Source: an uncultured Gammaproteobacteria bacterium (GTDB taxonomy: Bacteria; Patescibacteriota; Patescibacteriia; SG8-24). Taken from it: 64,000 nt of DNA. The stretch lies in contig CAZBFO010000001.1 in NCBI GenBank assembly GCA_964491475.1, positions 327,538-391,537 of the forward strand, in the 5' to 3' direction. Numbering within the stretch: the stretch's first letter is position 1; each line of letters begins with the position of its first letter. Under the pieces are notes generated by a model that had not been told where the DNA came from, did no database searches, and saw nothing but the letters and a program-made list of their open reading frames with translations. Of the stretch, positions 9,260 through 19,382 are shown in pieces. The position numbers and the translations under genes were made by a program.

Positions 9260-10537
9260 CTATGTCTTGGTCAGATATTTTTTGCCTTTGAGCCGCGATG
9301 GCAGGAAGTCCTGGTGCACGTCCGGGGCATCGGGGGTGTAGACGTAGCCCTTGCCGTAGCCGACTTCCTTCATCAGCTTGGTGACGCCGTTGCGGATGTG
9401 CATCGGGACCGGATCGTTCGGCGCTTCGGCGATGTCCTTCTTGACCTCGCCGTATGCCCGATAGACCTCGACGGACTTAGGGGCGCGAGCCAAGTACACC
9501 ACGCACTGCGCCAAAATCACGTCGCCTTCCGGCATGCCCAGCTGATGCACGGCTTCGAAAGCCGCCGTTGCCTGCACCAGCGCGTTAGGGTCTGCCAAAC
9601 CCACGTCCTCGGAGGCGAAACGGACAAGGCGCCGGGCCACGTAGAGAGGATCGTCGCCGGCCTGGAGCATCCGTCCCAGCCAGTAGAGGGCCGCATCGGC
9701 GTCATTGCCGCGCATGCTCTTATGCAAGGCGGAGATGACGTTGTAATGCTGCTCGCCGTCCTTGTCGTACAGCAAGTGCGAACGCTTGAGGATTTTTGCG
9801 GCATCCTCACGGCGTAAGAGTACCACGTCGGCAGCCGCGGCGTCGACGCCGGTTTTGCGGGCGCCCAGGACGGTTCCGGCGGCCAATTCAAGGGCGTTCA
9901 GGGCGCCGCGGGCGTCGCCGTCAGCCACCTCGGCGATCATCCGCAATACGTCGTCTTCGGCTTGAACGCGTCCGGCCAAGCCGCGCGGCGCGGTCAGCGC
10001 CCGCCGCAGGAGCGAAACGATGTCGCCGGCCTCCAGCTTATGCAGCACGAACACGCGGCTGCGCGACAGCAATGCGGAGTTGACCTCGAAGGAAGGGTTT
10101 TCGGTGGTGGCGCCGATAAGCGTGACCGTGCCGTCCTCGACATACGGCAAAAAAGCGTCCTGTTGCGCCTTGTTCCAGCGATGGATTTCGTCGATGAAGA
10201 CGATGGTGCGGGTCCCGGTCAGTTTGCGGCGGTCGATGGCATCGGACACCACCTGCCGCAGTTCGGCCACGCCGCTGGAAACGGCCGGCATCGACACGAA
10301 GCGCGACTTGGTAAGCGAAGCCACCACCCTGGCCAGGGTGGTTTTGCCGGTACCAGGAGGCCCCCACAAAATCATCGAGGGCACTTCGTCGGCTTCGATT
10401 AGGCCGCGCAGGGCGCTCCCCTCGCCGGCCAGGTCCCGCTGCCCTACGAACTCCTCGAGGGTTTCGGGGCGCATCCGGTCGGCCAATGGGGCTTCCTTGA
10501 GCCGTTGCTGCTTCGCCTTATAGTCGAACAGGTCCAT
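9260..10537 (-). CDS. rarA: replication-associated recombination protein A (MgsA/RarA)
   Basis: PLADRMRP, GPPGTGKT, DEIHRWNKAQQD, ISALHKSMRG, ASEDVGLADP. Confidence 0.95.
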   Translation of the reverse strand: MDLFDYKAKQQRLKEAPLADRMRPETLEEFVGQRDLAGEGSALRGLIEADEVPSMILWGPPGTGKTTLARVVASLTKSRFVSMPAVSSGVAELRQVVSDAIDRRKLTGTRTIVFIDEIHRWNKAQQDAFLPYVEDGTVTLIGATTENPSFEVNSALLSRSRVFVLHKLEAGDIVSLLRRALTAPRGLAGRVQAEDDVLRMIAEVADGDARGALNALELAAGTVLGARKTGVDAAAADVVLLRREDAAKILKRSHLLYDKDGEQHYNVISALHKSMRGNDADAALYWLGRMLQAGDDPLYVARRLVRFASEDVGLADPNALVQATAAFEAVHQLGMPEGDVILAQCVVYLARAPKSVEVYRAYGEVKKDIAEAPNDPVPMHIRNGVTKLMKEVGYGKGYVYTPDAPDVHQDFLPSRLKGKKYLTKT

Positions 10538-10663
10538 ATGCGGCCATTCTACGGGTTCCTTTGCGAAGTTGCGAGAACGGCCCTCCCACTTGCCCGTCCG
10601 TGACCAATGCCTTACGCTCTGTACATTGCCTGTTCCTTGCAGACCACGAGCAAAGGTGTCCCG

Positions 10664-10975
10664 ATGTCTCCCATACGAGAAACGAGAGACGATCGCGTAG
10701 CCAAGCTTAAGGGAAAGTTCCTGGCACTGAACCGCCTGCGGCGGCTCAAGGAGTTCGTCCGCTACGACCGCGCCGCCGACGGCGACCTCCCCCACCCCTT
10801 TCCCCAAGACTACGTCGAAGAGTGCCGAGATGCGCTCTGGCAACTCCTCTGGGAGGACTACGAGAAAGAGGACCGGCTGCCTGATCTGGAGCGGCTCGTC
10901 CGCATGGTCAAACGCCGGCCGTCCAGGTCGTTCTACCCCGATGCCCCGTCGGTTCCCGACGATGACGACTTTTAG
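10664..10975 (+). CDS. hypothetical protein (orphan)
   Basis: ORF with AAAGGTG upstream; terminator at about 10978-11008. Confidence 0.6.
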   Translation: MSPIRETRDDRVAKLKGKFLALNRLRRLKEFVRYDRAADGDLPHPFPQDYVEECRDALWQLLWEDYEKEDRLPDLERLVRMVKRRPSRSFYPDAPSVPDDDDF

Positions 10976-11090
10976 AAGGCCCGTTTTCATTGCGGGTCCT
11001 TTTCTTTTCCCCGGTTGACCCGAGCGACGGAACCTGTTACTTTTCCTCGTCCGCCCGACACCGTGTCGCGTGGCAACAGGAGGACTCCGA

Positions 11091-12281
11091 ATGAATGACG
11101 GCCGCCCTTTCAAAAAGACGTCTCGCGTCCCTCTCAAGGACTACCGGCTGCCCGAAGCGCGTTTGGCGGTGCTCAAACGGTACGGCCACGACATCCGGCT
11201 TCCCGGCATCCAAGCCGCGGAAGCCGCCTCGGTCAAGCTGATCGAAAACGCCATCGGCTCGTTTCCGATACCCATCGGCATTGCCACCAACTTCGTCATC
11301 AACGGCGAAGAACGTTTGGTGGCGATGGCTATCGAGGAAAAGTCGGTAGTCGCCGGCGCTTCCTACGCCGCCAAGCTCTGCCGCGAAAACGGCGGATTCT
11401 CGGTGATCGTCGGACCGAACGTGATGCGCGGACATATCCTGTTCGCTTCCACCCCCAAGTGGCAGCATGACGCATTTGACCGCCTTGGCGGCCTTAACCA
11501 GCTGTGCCGTAAGGCCGCCGAAGAGCTGGACTGCTCGGAGCGCCAAACGCGTGCGCATTGCCGGCTTATCACCGACGGTTTCGGACACGAAGTCTCGGCG
11601 TGCCGGCTGGACGGAGGCTTCGGCAGGCCGAGCCTGCTGGTCATCAACTTCCAGATGGACGTCGGCAACGCCATGGGCGCGAACGCCGTCACCCGCTTCG
11701 GCGAGGATCTGGCAGCCCTGCTGGAGCCGATCATCGGTGCCAAAAGAAAGGCGGTAATCTGCTCCGATGACGCCACCCACCTGTCCGGTTCCGAAGTGAA
11801 GGTGCAGGCAGCGTGGCCCATCGCCCTGCTGGGCAAGGAGGTCGCAGAGACCATCGTCACCCTCCAACATTGGGCCGATGCCGACCCCGCTCGTGCCGTC
11901 ACGCACAACAAAGGCGCGATGAACGGCGTGAGCGCGGTGGCGCTGGCGACGGGTCAGGACGTCCGCGCCATTGAGGCAGCTTCTCACGCAAAAGCTGCCT
12001 ATGAGGGCATGCCCTACGCCTACAGCAAAACGCTGACGAATTACGAGATCCTCGACAGGAATCTCGTCGGCTGGCTGAAGCTGCGAGTGCCGCTTGGCAC
12101 TGTCGGCGGCGCCACCTCGCACCCTACAGCCGTGCAGGTCCGCAAGCTGATGGACGTGGAAAATTTCCAAGACCTTGCGGCGGTCATCGGCGCCGTCGGT
12201 CTCGCGCAGAACTTCGCCGCGTTGCGCATGCTCGCCGACGAAGGCGTAGGCGAGGCGCATAGCCGCCTCAAGGAAACCTGA
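11091..12281 (+). CDS. mvaA: class II HMG-CoA reductase
   Basis: IENAIG, EEKSVVAG, NAMGAN, THNKG, TGQDVRA, GTVGG, C-terminal His; AGGAGG SD. Confidence 0.88.
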   Translation: MNDGRPFKKTSRVPLKDYRLPEARLAVLKRYGHDIRLPGIQAAEAASVKLIENAIGSFPIPIGIATNFVINGEERLVAMAIEEKSVVAGASYAAKLCRENGGFSVIVGPNVMRGHILFASTPKWQHDAFDRLGGLNQLCRKAAEELDCSERQTRAHCRLITDGFGHEVSACRLDGGFGRPSLLVINFQMDVGNAMGANAVTRFGEDLAALLEPIIGAKRKAVICSDDATHLSGSEVKVQAAWPIALLGKEVAETIVTLQHWADADPARAVTHNKGAMNGVSAVALATGQDVRAIEAASHAKAAYEGMPYAYSKTLTNYEILDRNLVGWLKLRVPLGTVGGATSHPTAVQVRKLMDVENFQDLAAVIGAVGLAQNFAALRMLADEGVGEAHSRLKET

Positions 12282-12370
12282 ACTTCGGCCGCCCGTCCGG
12301 GCGGCCTTTCTTTTTTGGAAGATATCGTCTAAGGTGGCCTCGCTCTTCACGACCAGAAAGGCAGCCTAGA

Positions 12371-13135
12371 ATGAGCGAAAAAGACATGCAGACCCCGGAC
12401 GCGCCGGCCGGCGACCTCAAGGAACTGAACGCCAACGATGCCGTACTCGGCGACGAGGGTGTCCCCCCGACGGTCAACTCGGAACGCCCGGCCTCGCAGC
12501 CGCCCCAAGCCGCCCGAACCAGCCGTGCCATGCCGCAGCCCGTCACCGAAGCGCATCCGGACGGGGAGTTTTACCCCCTCAAACGAAGTGCCCTCAAGCA
12601 TTTGCCCGGCGTCATCGCCGGCACGCTCATCGGCACGCTCGGCTTCGGCGTCCTGATCGGCATGCTCATCGGCGGCGCACGTTCCAAGCCCGCACCGCCC
12701 GAACGCGTCACGGTCACGGTGACCGTCCCCGCGAACGCCAACTCGCGCGAGGCGGTCGCCAAGCGCAACGTGGTCTGGCGCGTGCTGAACCACGACGCCG
12801 ACAAGCTGCCCGAGACGCCGGAAAAGCGCCTGGGCGAAGCGCTCGACCTGCTCATCGGCAAGGACGCCGATCAGTACGCACGGATGGACGGCTTCACCGC
12901 CTTCATCAAGAAGGGCGCCGCGTACTTCAACGAGGAGCAGAGCAACGCCATCGAGCACGCCCTGGCCGAAGGCTCCCCTGCCGAGGTCGCAGAGGTGATG
13001 CGCAAGATCGTGGTGGCCGACGGCCAAGCCAGCGATCTCCTGCGCGGAGTCCTGTCCGACCAAAAGCGGATCAAGGCCGTGGTTGGCGGACAAAAGGCCC
13101 CGCTCGAGACCATGCCCGACGGCAGCCAACCCTGA
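12371..13135 (+). CDS. single-TM hypothetical protein
   Basis: Hydrophobic segment GVIAGTLIGTLGFGVLIGMLIGG; terminators on both sides. Confidence 0.75.
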   Translation: MSEKDMQTPDAPAGDLKELNANDAVLGDEGVPPTVNSERPASQPPQAARTSRAMPQPVTEAHPDGEFYPLKRSALKHLPGVIAGTLIGTLGFGVLIGMLIGGARSKPAPPERVTVTVTVPANANSREAVAKRNVVWRVLNHDADKLPETPEKRLGEALDLLIGKDADQYARMDGFTAFIKKGAAYFNEEQSNAIEHALAEGSPAEVAEVMRKIVVADGQASDLLRGVLSDQKRIKAVVGGQKAPLETMPDGSQP

Positions 13136-13240
13136 TTTTCCTCGTCGTTCCCACGGACGCCCGTTTGACCGGGCGTTTTTCTTTTGCACAGCGCCGACCC
13201 TTGCTTCTTTCCGCCGTTTGGCCTATCCTGACTGCACTGT

Positions 13241-13315
13241 CGGGGCGTAGCGCAGTGGTAGCGCGCATCGTTCGGGACGATGAGGCCGCAGGTTCAATCC
13301 CTGTCGCCCCGACCA
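13241..13315 (+). tRNA. tRNA-Pro (anticodon CGG)
   Basis: CGGGGCG...CATCG-TTCGGGA-CGATG...GGTTCAATCC...CGCCCCGACCA. Confidence 0.95.
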
Positions 13316-13317
13316 TC

Positions 13318-13347
13318 AAAGACCTCCGCGAAAAAGCGGAGGTCTTT
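13318..13347 (+). terminator. terminator after tRNA-Pro
   Basis: aaagacctccgc-gaaaaa-gcggaggtcttt. Confidence 0.8.
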
Positions 13348-13444
13348 GCTTTCCGTACGCCCGCGCTTTCGCGACGATGCATTTATCTGCCAAAAAAAGT
13401 GTGCTAAAGTGGCCGCGTTCTCATTCTCGTTTAATTTCACATTC

Positions 13445-14386
13445 ATGAGCAGCCCTGAAAGTCGGCCACCCGCCCCTGAAAGCGCTGGCGAACCACAGGA
13501 GGGAAAGAGGGAAAATATGGCCGAGAGCGTACCCGACGCCGGCGCGGAGGATCGCGAACAACCGCGTCCGGGGTTCACCGTCGAGGCCAACCGGCAGTTC
13601 CTCGGTTTCCAGAAGGTCGAGACGACCAAGGTCGACGAGACTAAGCCATGGAAGCCGGCGCTTGAGGTGCGCGTAACCAACGCAGACGGCTCGATCGAGG
13701 AAGGCGTAGATGCAAACACTGCGTTCTTCACTTTCCATGGCGGGACCGAAGGCGCGCGGGACCTTACGGTTACCGCCGCAGCCGCCGGTCACGTCGACAG
13801 CCTGCACATCAGAGGCACGGAGGCAGGCAGCCACTTCGATTACCCGTCAGTCGAGGAGCTATTTGAGGACGTCGCCGAGCGCATACCCGACAATGTGGCG
13901 ACAGATCCCGGCGTCAGCGCGTTCGACGTGGAAATGGGCAAGCCAATGGGACGCGAAGGTATTGCCTCACGGGCCGAGCTGCTCGCCGACGAGACGATCC
14001 GCGGCGAAGACGTCGTCTCCGCCGACCTCGCCCGCGAGGAGGTACTGGCGTTAAACCGCGAAGGCGCACCGGAGGCAAAGAAGGCATTCATCGAAAAATT
14101 CCGCCGGGATAATCCCGATTCCCGAATCCAGTTCCAACTGGTGCGTGGAGACGTGCTCGTTCCGGTAGTCGTCGCCCCCAAGCGCGAGACGACGAAACTG
14201 TTCCTGGTATTCGGGCCGGACGCGACCGGGGACAAGAAGACGCTCTACACCGCCGCGCCAGGCCGCAACATGCCTCGCCATCCGAACCCGGGACAACACA
14301 GGAACAAAGAGGGCGTGCTTAACGACAGCACCTTCAACGAGTCAGCGAACGCCTGGTTCGACACGGTGATGCTGGTCGGTAAATGA
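13445..14386 (+). CDS. hypothetical protein
   Basis: Long ORF with disordered N-terminus; HVDSLH...GSHF and YTAAPG motifs. Confidence 0.75.
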   Translation: MSSPESRPPAPESAGEPQEGKRENMAESVPDAGAEDREQPRPGFTVEANRQFLGFQKVETTKVDETKPWKPALEVRVTNADGSIEEGVDANTAFFTFHGGTEGARDLTVTAAAAGHVDSLHIRGTEAGSHFDYPSVEELFEDVAERIPDNVATDPGVSAFDVEMGKPMGREGIASRAELLADETIRGEDVVSADLAREEVLALNREGAPEAKKAFIEKFRRDNPDSRIQFQLVRGDVLVPVVVAPKRETTKLFLVFGPDATGDKKTLYTAAPGRNMPRHPNPGQHRNKEGVLNDSTFNESANAWFDTVMLVGK

Positions 14387-14483
14387 GAAGGAGAGAAAGG
14401 CATTACATCCGCCTAAAGCGGGTGTTTTTGTTTCCAAAGTTTCCCGTGAAACAAAAAGCCCCGGAAAACCGAGGGCATGACCT

Positions 14484-15101
14484 TCATTTGGTGGCGACCA
14501 GCCAGAGGCCGCCGGAATTGGACGGTGAGCCGATAGGTACGATCCAAGGCAGAAGCTTTAGCAGGCCGCGCACTTCGGCGTAACGCTTGGCGTCGTTCTG
14601 CGAAACGTAGGCAGCGCCGTAGGCCACGGCGACCGAGGAGGCGTGGGCAACGTCATGTGCCAAAGCTTCCTCGACAGAGTCGAAAAGCTCGGCGCAGGTG
14701 CGGCGGGTGGCCTCTGTGAGGTCGCTGCACAAGTGCCACCAGAGCGGCGCGACCAACCTGGCCAGCGCTTCTTCTCCGTATGCTGCGGTGAACTCGTCAC
14801 GTCTATTCCGGCGCATCGACAACGTCAGGAAAGTGTCGTAATCGCCCTCGGCACGGATGTTCTTGCTCAACGTCTCGCCACTTAACGAAAGCGTGAGCAG
14901 ACCGGACACTTCCTCGCGCGCTGCGGCAGCGATGGCGTTGCCGACGTTTTCGACGTTCAGCTGCTCGGCTTCGGCCATGGGCAGCATGCCGTCCTCGGCG
15001 GCGCGGCATGACGGCTCGATGTCGCGCATGAAGCGTTTGGCAAGTTCGGTCCCTTGGTGCGGCGCGAGCAGGGCCGCCAGATCCGTTCGAGAGACGGTCA
15101 T
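14484..15101 (-). CDS. hypothetical protein (orphan)
   Basis: 205-aa ORF with GAGGTG SD. Confidence 0.7.
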   Translation of the reverse strand: MTVSRTDLAALLAPHQGTELAKRFMRDIEPSCRAAEDGMLPMAEAEQLNVENVGNAIAAAAREEVSGLLTLSLSGETLSKNIRAEGDYDTFLTLSMRRNRRDEFTAAYGEEALARLVAPLWWHLCSDLTEATRRTCAELFDSVEEALAHDVAHASSVAVAYGAAYVSQNDAKRYAEVRGLLKLLPWIVPIGSPSNSGGLWLVATK

Positions 15102-15232
15102 GAAGCACCTCTATCGTATGCGAAAGAGCCTTTGCATTGTTGCCGTTACCGTGCAAACGCGCAACTCCGTTCCCTTTCCCCTCTTCGGTCGTATCCTCTA
15201 TACTGATCCCATATTCATCCGCTTTACCTGCT

Positions 15233-15865
15233 ATGCAGCCCGAAATCCACTCCTTCGTAAGGGAAGCCCTGTCGCGCAACATTCCGCGCGCAGACATAAA
15301 GGAGGCGCTGGCCAAAGCCGGCTGGCAAAATGACGAAATCGCCTCTGCACTGGACATTTACGCAGAGGTGGCATTTCCGGTGCCGGTCCCCAAACGCAAG
15401 CCGTACCTTTCGGCACGCGAGGCGTTCATCTACCTGCTGCTGTTCGTCTGTCTGTACTTGAGCGCCTTCAATTTCGGCGCACTGGTGTTCAACTTCATCA
15501 ACCGCTGGCTCCCGGACGTCACCCAGTACGGCGGCGACGACCTCACGGCCATCCGCTTCTCCGTCGCTTCGCTCATCGTGGCTTTCCCGCTGTACCTGTG
15601 GCTGTCCTCGCTGATGCTCAAAGCCATCCGCAAAGACAATGAGAAGCGCGCCTCGAAGATCCGCAAGTGGCTCACCTACATCACGCTGTTCGTGGCCGCA
15701 GGCATCATCATCGGCGACCTCATCACCCTGCTGTTCAACCTCTTGAACGGCGAGCTGACCCTGCGCTTCGTGCTCAAGGTGCTGACCGTGCTGTTGATTG
15801 CCGGCCTGATCTTCGGCTACTACCTGTGGGACTTGCGGAAGGACGAGCAGGAAAAGGAAGCCTAA
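15233..15865 (+). CDS. DUF5671-like membrane protein
   Basis: AREAFIYLLLF, RKWLTYITLF...GDLI...GELTLRF pattern. Confidence 0.8.
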   Translation: MQPEIHSFVREALSRNIPRADIKEALAKAGWQNDEIASALDIYAEVAFPVPVPKRKPYLSAREAFIYLLLFVCLYLSAFNFGALVFNFINRWLPDVTQYGGDDLTAIRFSVASLIVAFPLYLWLSSLMLKAIRKDNEKRASKIRKWLTYITLFVAAGIIIGDLITLLFNLLNGELTLRFVLKVLTVLLIAGLIFGYYLWDLRKDEQEKEA

Positions 15866-15876
15866 CCGCCGCGCCT

Positions 15877-16779
15877 ATGCCTTCTCTCAAGCCGAAAATG
15901 GCGTCATCCTCCCAATCGTTGCGGATTTTCGCGGGCCTGGTGTCGCTGATGGTCGCTGCCGTCATCATCGGCGGCATCTACGTGGCCGGTTCGCCCTCTT
16001 CCTCACGCGCTAAAATCCTGGACCAGCGACGAGCCGACGGCTTGAGCCAGGTCTCTTCCGCGCTTGATCAGTACTACGCCACTAACTTCGCGCTGCCCTC
16101 CGCCCTCGACGAACTCAAGAACTCGCCAAACGCCAACTACGCCTTAAATTCCATCGTTGACCCCGAAACGCAGCAGCCCATCACCTATCACGTCATCGAC
16201 GCGCAGACCTACGAACTGTGCGCCGCATTCGCTTTCCCGTCGCAGGACCAGGCAAATGGCGAGCATGCCGCGCCGAGCAAGCCGATGCCCGTCGGCGCGT
16301 ACCCCAGCGACAACATGAACTGGTACGTCCACGCCGCCGGCGAGGTCTGCCAGCGAGCCAACGCGGCGCAGCGCGCGCCGTTCCAGTATTGCGGCAACGG
16401 CATCGGCGTGAACGCCTGTCCTGGCGGCACCACCTGTACGCAACTGCCCGGCCGCAGCTCGGCGATCTGCGTGAAGACTGGGAAGGAATGCATGGCCGGC
16501 TGCGGCAGCGATGAGTGCACCATCGACAAGGGCGTTCCGCCGGTCGTCAGCTGCGCCGCGCCTGCGCCGAAACCCGGCGGCATGATGCCGGTAAAAGGCA
16601 GGGAGAACTGCGCCCTCTACCAAAACGTCAAGACCAATGAGCGCGCCTGCTACGGCTGCGCCAACGGCATCTGCACCGACCCGCCGCCTGGTTTTGCACC
16701 CTACGGCCGGCCTAGCGGCACCATGGGCATTCCTTACGCTTGCACCGCCACCGAAAGCGGCTGCGAGCTGGTCCAGTAA
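15877..16779 (+). CDS. membrane-anchored pseudopilin-like protein with cysteine-rich C-terminus
   Basis: TM segment, then GSP...DQRR, DPET...Y...YELCAAF; 16 cysteines. Confidence 0.75.
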   Translation: MPSLKPKMASSSQSLRIFAGLVSLMVAAVIIGGIYVAGSPSSSRAKILDQRRADGLSQVSSALDQYYATNFALPSALDELKNSPNANYALNSIVDPETQQPITYHVIDAQTYELCAAFAFPSQDQANGEHAAPSKPMPVGAYPSDNMNWYVHAAGEVCQRANAAQRAPFQYCGNGIGVNACPGGTTCTQLPGRSSAICVKTGKECMAGCGSDECTIDKGVPPVVSCAAPAPKPGGMMPVKGRENCALYQNVKTNERACYGCANGICTDPPPGFAPYGRPSGTMGIPYACTATESGCELVQ

Positions 16780-16833
16780 TTCGCGAAAAAGCGGCGGCCC
16801 TGCGGCCGCCGTTTTTGGTTGCCGATTCGCTTC

Positions 16834-17388
16834 TTACTTCGCCAGCCGTCCGGCCTTCAGGGTCTGTGCCCACCATTGCAGCTCCTTCAACATGCCGGCC
16901 GCGCGCTCCGCGTAGGCAGGATCGGCAATCGCCCCCTTTTCGTCGAAGATCGTCTTGACGTTGCCGAAGTTCATGGTGCTGCGGACGCAGAACATGCCCA
17001 GGTAAGTCAGCACCGGCTTCAGGTTCTCGATTGCGCGGGCGCCGCCGAAGATGCCCGAGGAAACCCCGCAGAGCGCCACGGCCTTGCGGTCGTACTCCTC
17101 GAGCAGCGAGTCGAGGGTGATTTTGAGCTCGCCCGGATAGCCGCGGTTGTACTCGGGGGTGACGATGACCAAGCCGTCGGCGGCGGTCATGATCTTGCGC
17201 CAGCCGTCGGTGCGTTCGCACGGCTGTTTTGAATGATGGGTCAATTGCGTGGCCACGTCGCGGACGTCGACCAGTTCGGTGTGCATGCCGGCGGCCTTGA
17301 CCTGTTCGAGCATGAATGAGGCTGCCTTTTCGGATTGGCGCGTTTCCCGCCCCGTGCCGAGCAGTACCGGAATGTAGAGTGATTCCAT
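16834..17388 (-). CDS. NADPH-dependent FMN reductase family protein
   Basis: GTGRETRQS, TPEYNRGYPGELK, GGARA. Confidence 0.9.
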   Translation of the reverse strand: MESLYIPVLLGTGRETRQSEKAASFMLEQVKAAGMHTELVDVRDVATQLTHHSKQPCERTDGWRKIMTAADGLVIVTPEYNRGYPGELKITLDSLLEEYDRKAVALCGVSSGIFGGARAIENLKPVLTYLGMFCVRSTMNFGNVKTIFDEKGAIADPAYAERAAGMLKELQWWAQTLKAGRLAK

Positions 17389-17501
17389 AAAGGTAAGGTG
17401 AATGACCGAAGGATAGCACGACGCCCGCAAGAGGGCACCATTGACTTCGACGAGGAAAAACGGCTCAATGGCATGGCGCTCACGAGAAAGCGAGGTCGTT
17501 C

Positions 17502-18188
17502 ATGCCACCCACGTCGTCAAAGAGCATTTACGCCTTTCATCACGTCGTCTTCGACTTGGACGGCACGCTGCTCAACAGCATCGCCGCCTGCCACGACGCT
17601 TACGCGCATTCGGTCGCGCCGTTCGGCATCCCGAAAGAAGTCGCCATCGCCCATTATCACGCCACCACGGGCCTGCCGCTGCGCCAGCAGTACCGCCTGC
17701 TGTTCGAACAGGAAGGCGTCGACACGAAAGGCGTAACCTTCGGCCGTCTCCAGTCGGCCTTCGACGAGGTCTTCGGAACCCGTCCGGCGCCGTTCTTCGA
17801 CGGCGCCATCTCGACCGTCAGCGCGCTGCATCAGCTCGGCACGGACCTGTTCCTGTCGAGCGCTTCGTCCGACGCGGTGGTGGCCAAACGCCTCCGCGAT
17901 GGGTTCATCGGCGATGTCTTCAGGCTGGCCCTGGGCTCGACGGCGATTCCCAAAGGACGGCGGCACATCGAACGCTTCTTCCGGAGCCTTGGCGTGCCTG
18001 CGCATGCGTTCGCCCAGCACTCCGCCTTCGTCGGTGACGGCGAAACGGACATGCGCATCGCTCGTGCCGCCGGCATGTATGCCATCGGCATCGAAGGAAC
18101 GGTCAGCGCGACACGGCTGCGCGCGGCCGGTGCGCATCGCGTCGCGCCGTCAGTGCGCATCCTCTTGGCCGATTCCGGCCCCTCTTGA
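17502..18188 (+). CDS. HAD-family phosphatase
   Basis: FDLDGTLLNS, FVGDGETD. Confidence 0.88.
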   Translation: MPPTSSKSIYAFHHVVFDLDGTLLNSIAACHDAYAHSVAPFGIPKEVAIAHYHATTGLPLRQQYRLLFEQEGVDTKGVTFGRLQSAFDEVFGTRPAPFFDGAISTVSALHQLGTDLFLSSASSDAVVAKRLRDGFIGDVFRLALGSTAIPKGRRHIERFFRSLGVPAHAFAQHSAFVGDGETDMRIARAAGMYAIGIEGTVSATRLRAAGAHRVAPSVRILLADSGPS

Positions 18189-18224
18189 AACCAAAGCGGA
18201 CCCTCGCAGGTCCGCTTTTTTCGT

Positions 18225-19382
18225 CTATCCGAAGGTGAAGGCGTAACATTCCGCGCCCTTGTCTTTGAACTCGATGCGCAGCAGATGGGTGCCGTACTCC
18301 CCCTTGGCGTCAATCAGGCTGTACAACCGCTGGCCCGAAACGTCCACGAAGGTCTTACCGCCCTCCTCGACCAGGTCCGGGCCGCGCATTCCGGCGGCCA
18401 CCGGCTTCCCGTCAAGCGTCACCTCCGCGCGGACGGTCTTGCCGTTGCCGCCCATCACCAAGTTGACGTTAGCGGCGTTGAAAGTGTAGACGATTGCCGA
18501 TCCAGCCTGCGAACTCACGGCTTTTTCGGATTGGACATCCCAATAGCCGTCGAGCGCGAACATGTTGTGGCGCAACGGCGACGGAATCGAGTAGTGCCGG
18601 TCGGTATCCCTGGCCACGCCCTCGGGACTGGCGAAGTATTCCTGCCTGGAGTAACCGAGATAGGTTTCCGGGGAGCCGATCTTCGAGAAATCGATTTTCG
18701 TTTCGACCTCCGTCACCGGCATCTCGGCGGCCTTGCCTGCCTCGGCCAGCAGCAGCTGGATGTTGCGCTCGGTCTCGTCATAGGCGCCTTCGCCGAAATG
18801 CATCTCGCGCAGCTTGCCGTCCGCGTCGAAGAGGTAATGCGCCGGCCAATAATGGTTGTCGTAGCCGTTCCAGGTGGAATAGGCGTTGTCGAGCGCCACC
18901 GGGTAATTGATGTCGTGACGCTTGATGGCGTCGCGGACGTTGTTCACGTCCTTCTCGAAGGCGAACTCGGGCGTGTGCACGCCGACCACCACGAACCCTT
19001 TGTCCTTGTACTTCTCATACCATGACGTGACGTACGGAAGGGTGCGGATGCAGTTGATGCAGGAATATGTCCAGAAATCGACCAGCACCACTTTGCCCTT
19101 CAGGCTGTCGGGCGTAAGCGGTTCGCTGTTCAGCCAGGCGGTAATTTCGGTAAACGGCGGCATCGCGTCAGCGAGAACCGGGAGCGAAGACTTGTCTCCC
19201 TGCTTCACTCCGCGTGCAATCTGGGAGACGCCCGGCTTGGGCGCGCCGGCAGACGAACTGCCGAGGTCCGTGCCGTTGCGGCCCAAACGGGTATCGACCA
19301 CGTAGGCCATCAGCACCAGGGCCGCCGTGGCCACTGCGCCGATGAAAAGGAACTGCTTGGTCTTGTCGGTGGGAGCGCTCAT
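18225..19382 (-). CDS. thioredoxin-like redoxin (DipZ C-terminal half)
   Basis: DFWTYSCINC, HTPEFAFEK, YWPAHY, SPETYLG, terminal AFTFG. Confidence 0.9.
   Translation of the reverse strand: MSAPTDKTKQFLFIGAVATAALVLMAYVVDTRLGRNGTDLGSSSAGAPKPGVSQIARGVKQGDKSSLPVLADAMPPFTEITAWLNSEPLTPDSLKGKVVLVDFWTYSCINCIRTLPYVTSWYEKYKDKGFVVVGVHTPEFAFEKDVNNVRDAIKRHDINYPVALDNAYSTWNGYDNHYWPAHYLFDADGKLREMHFGEGAYDETERNIQLLLAEAGKAAEMPVTEVETKIDFSKIGSPETYLGYSRQEYFASPEGVARDTDRHYSIPSPLRHNMFALDGYWDVQSEKAVSSQAGSAIVYTFNAANVNLVMGGNGKTVRAEVTLDGKPVAAGMRGPDLVEEGGKTFVDVSGQRLYSLIDAKGEYGTHLLRIEFKDKGAECYAFTFG

Noticed and set aside
3656-13315. tRNA-anchored genomic island
   Set aside because: No integrase and no duplicated tRNA 3' end (att site) were seen by eye.
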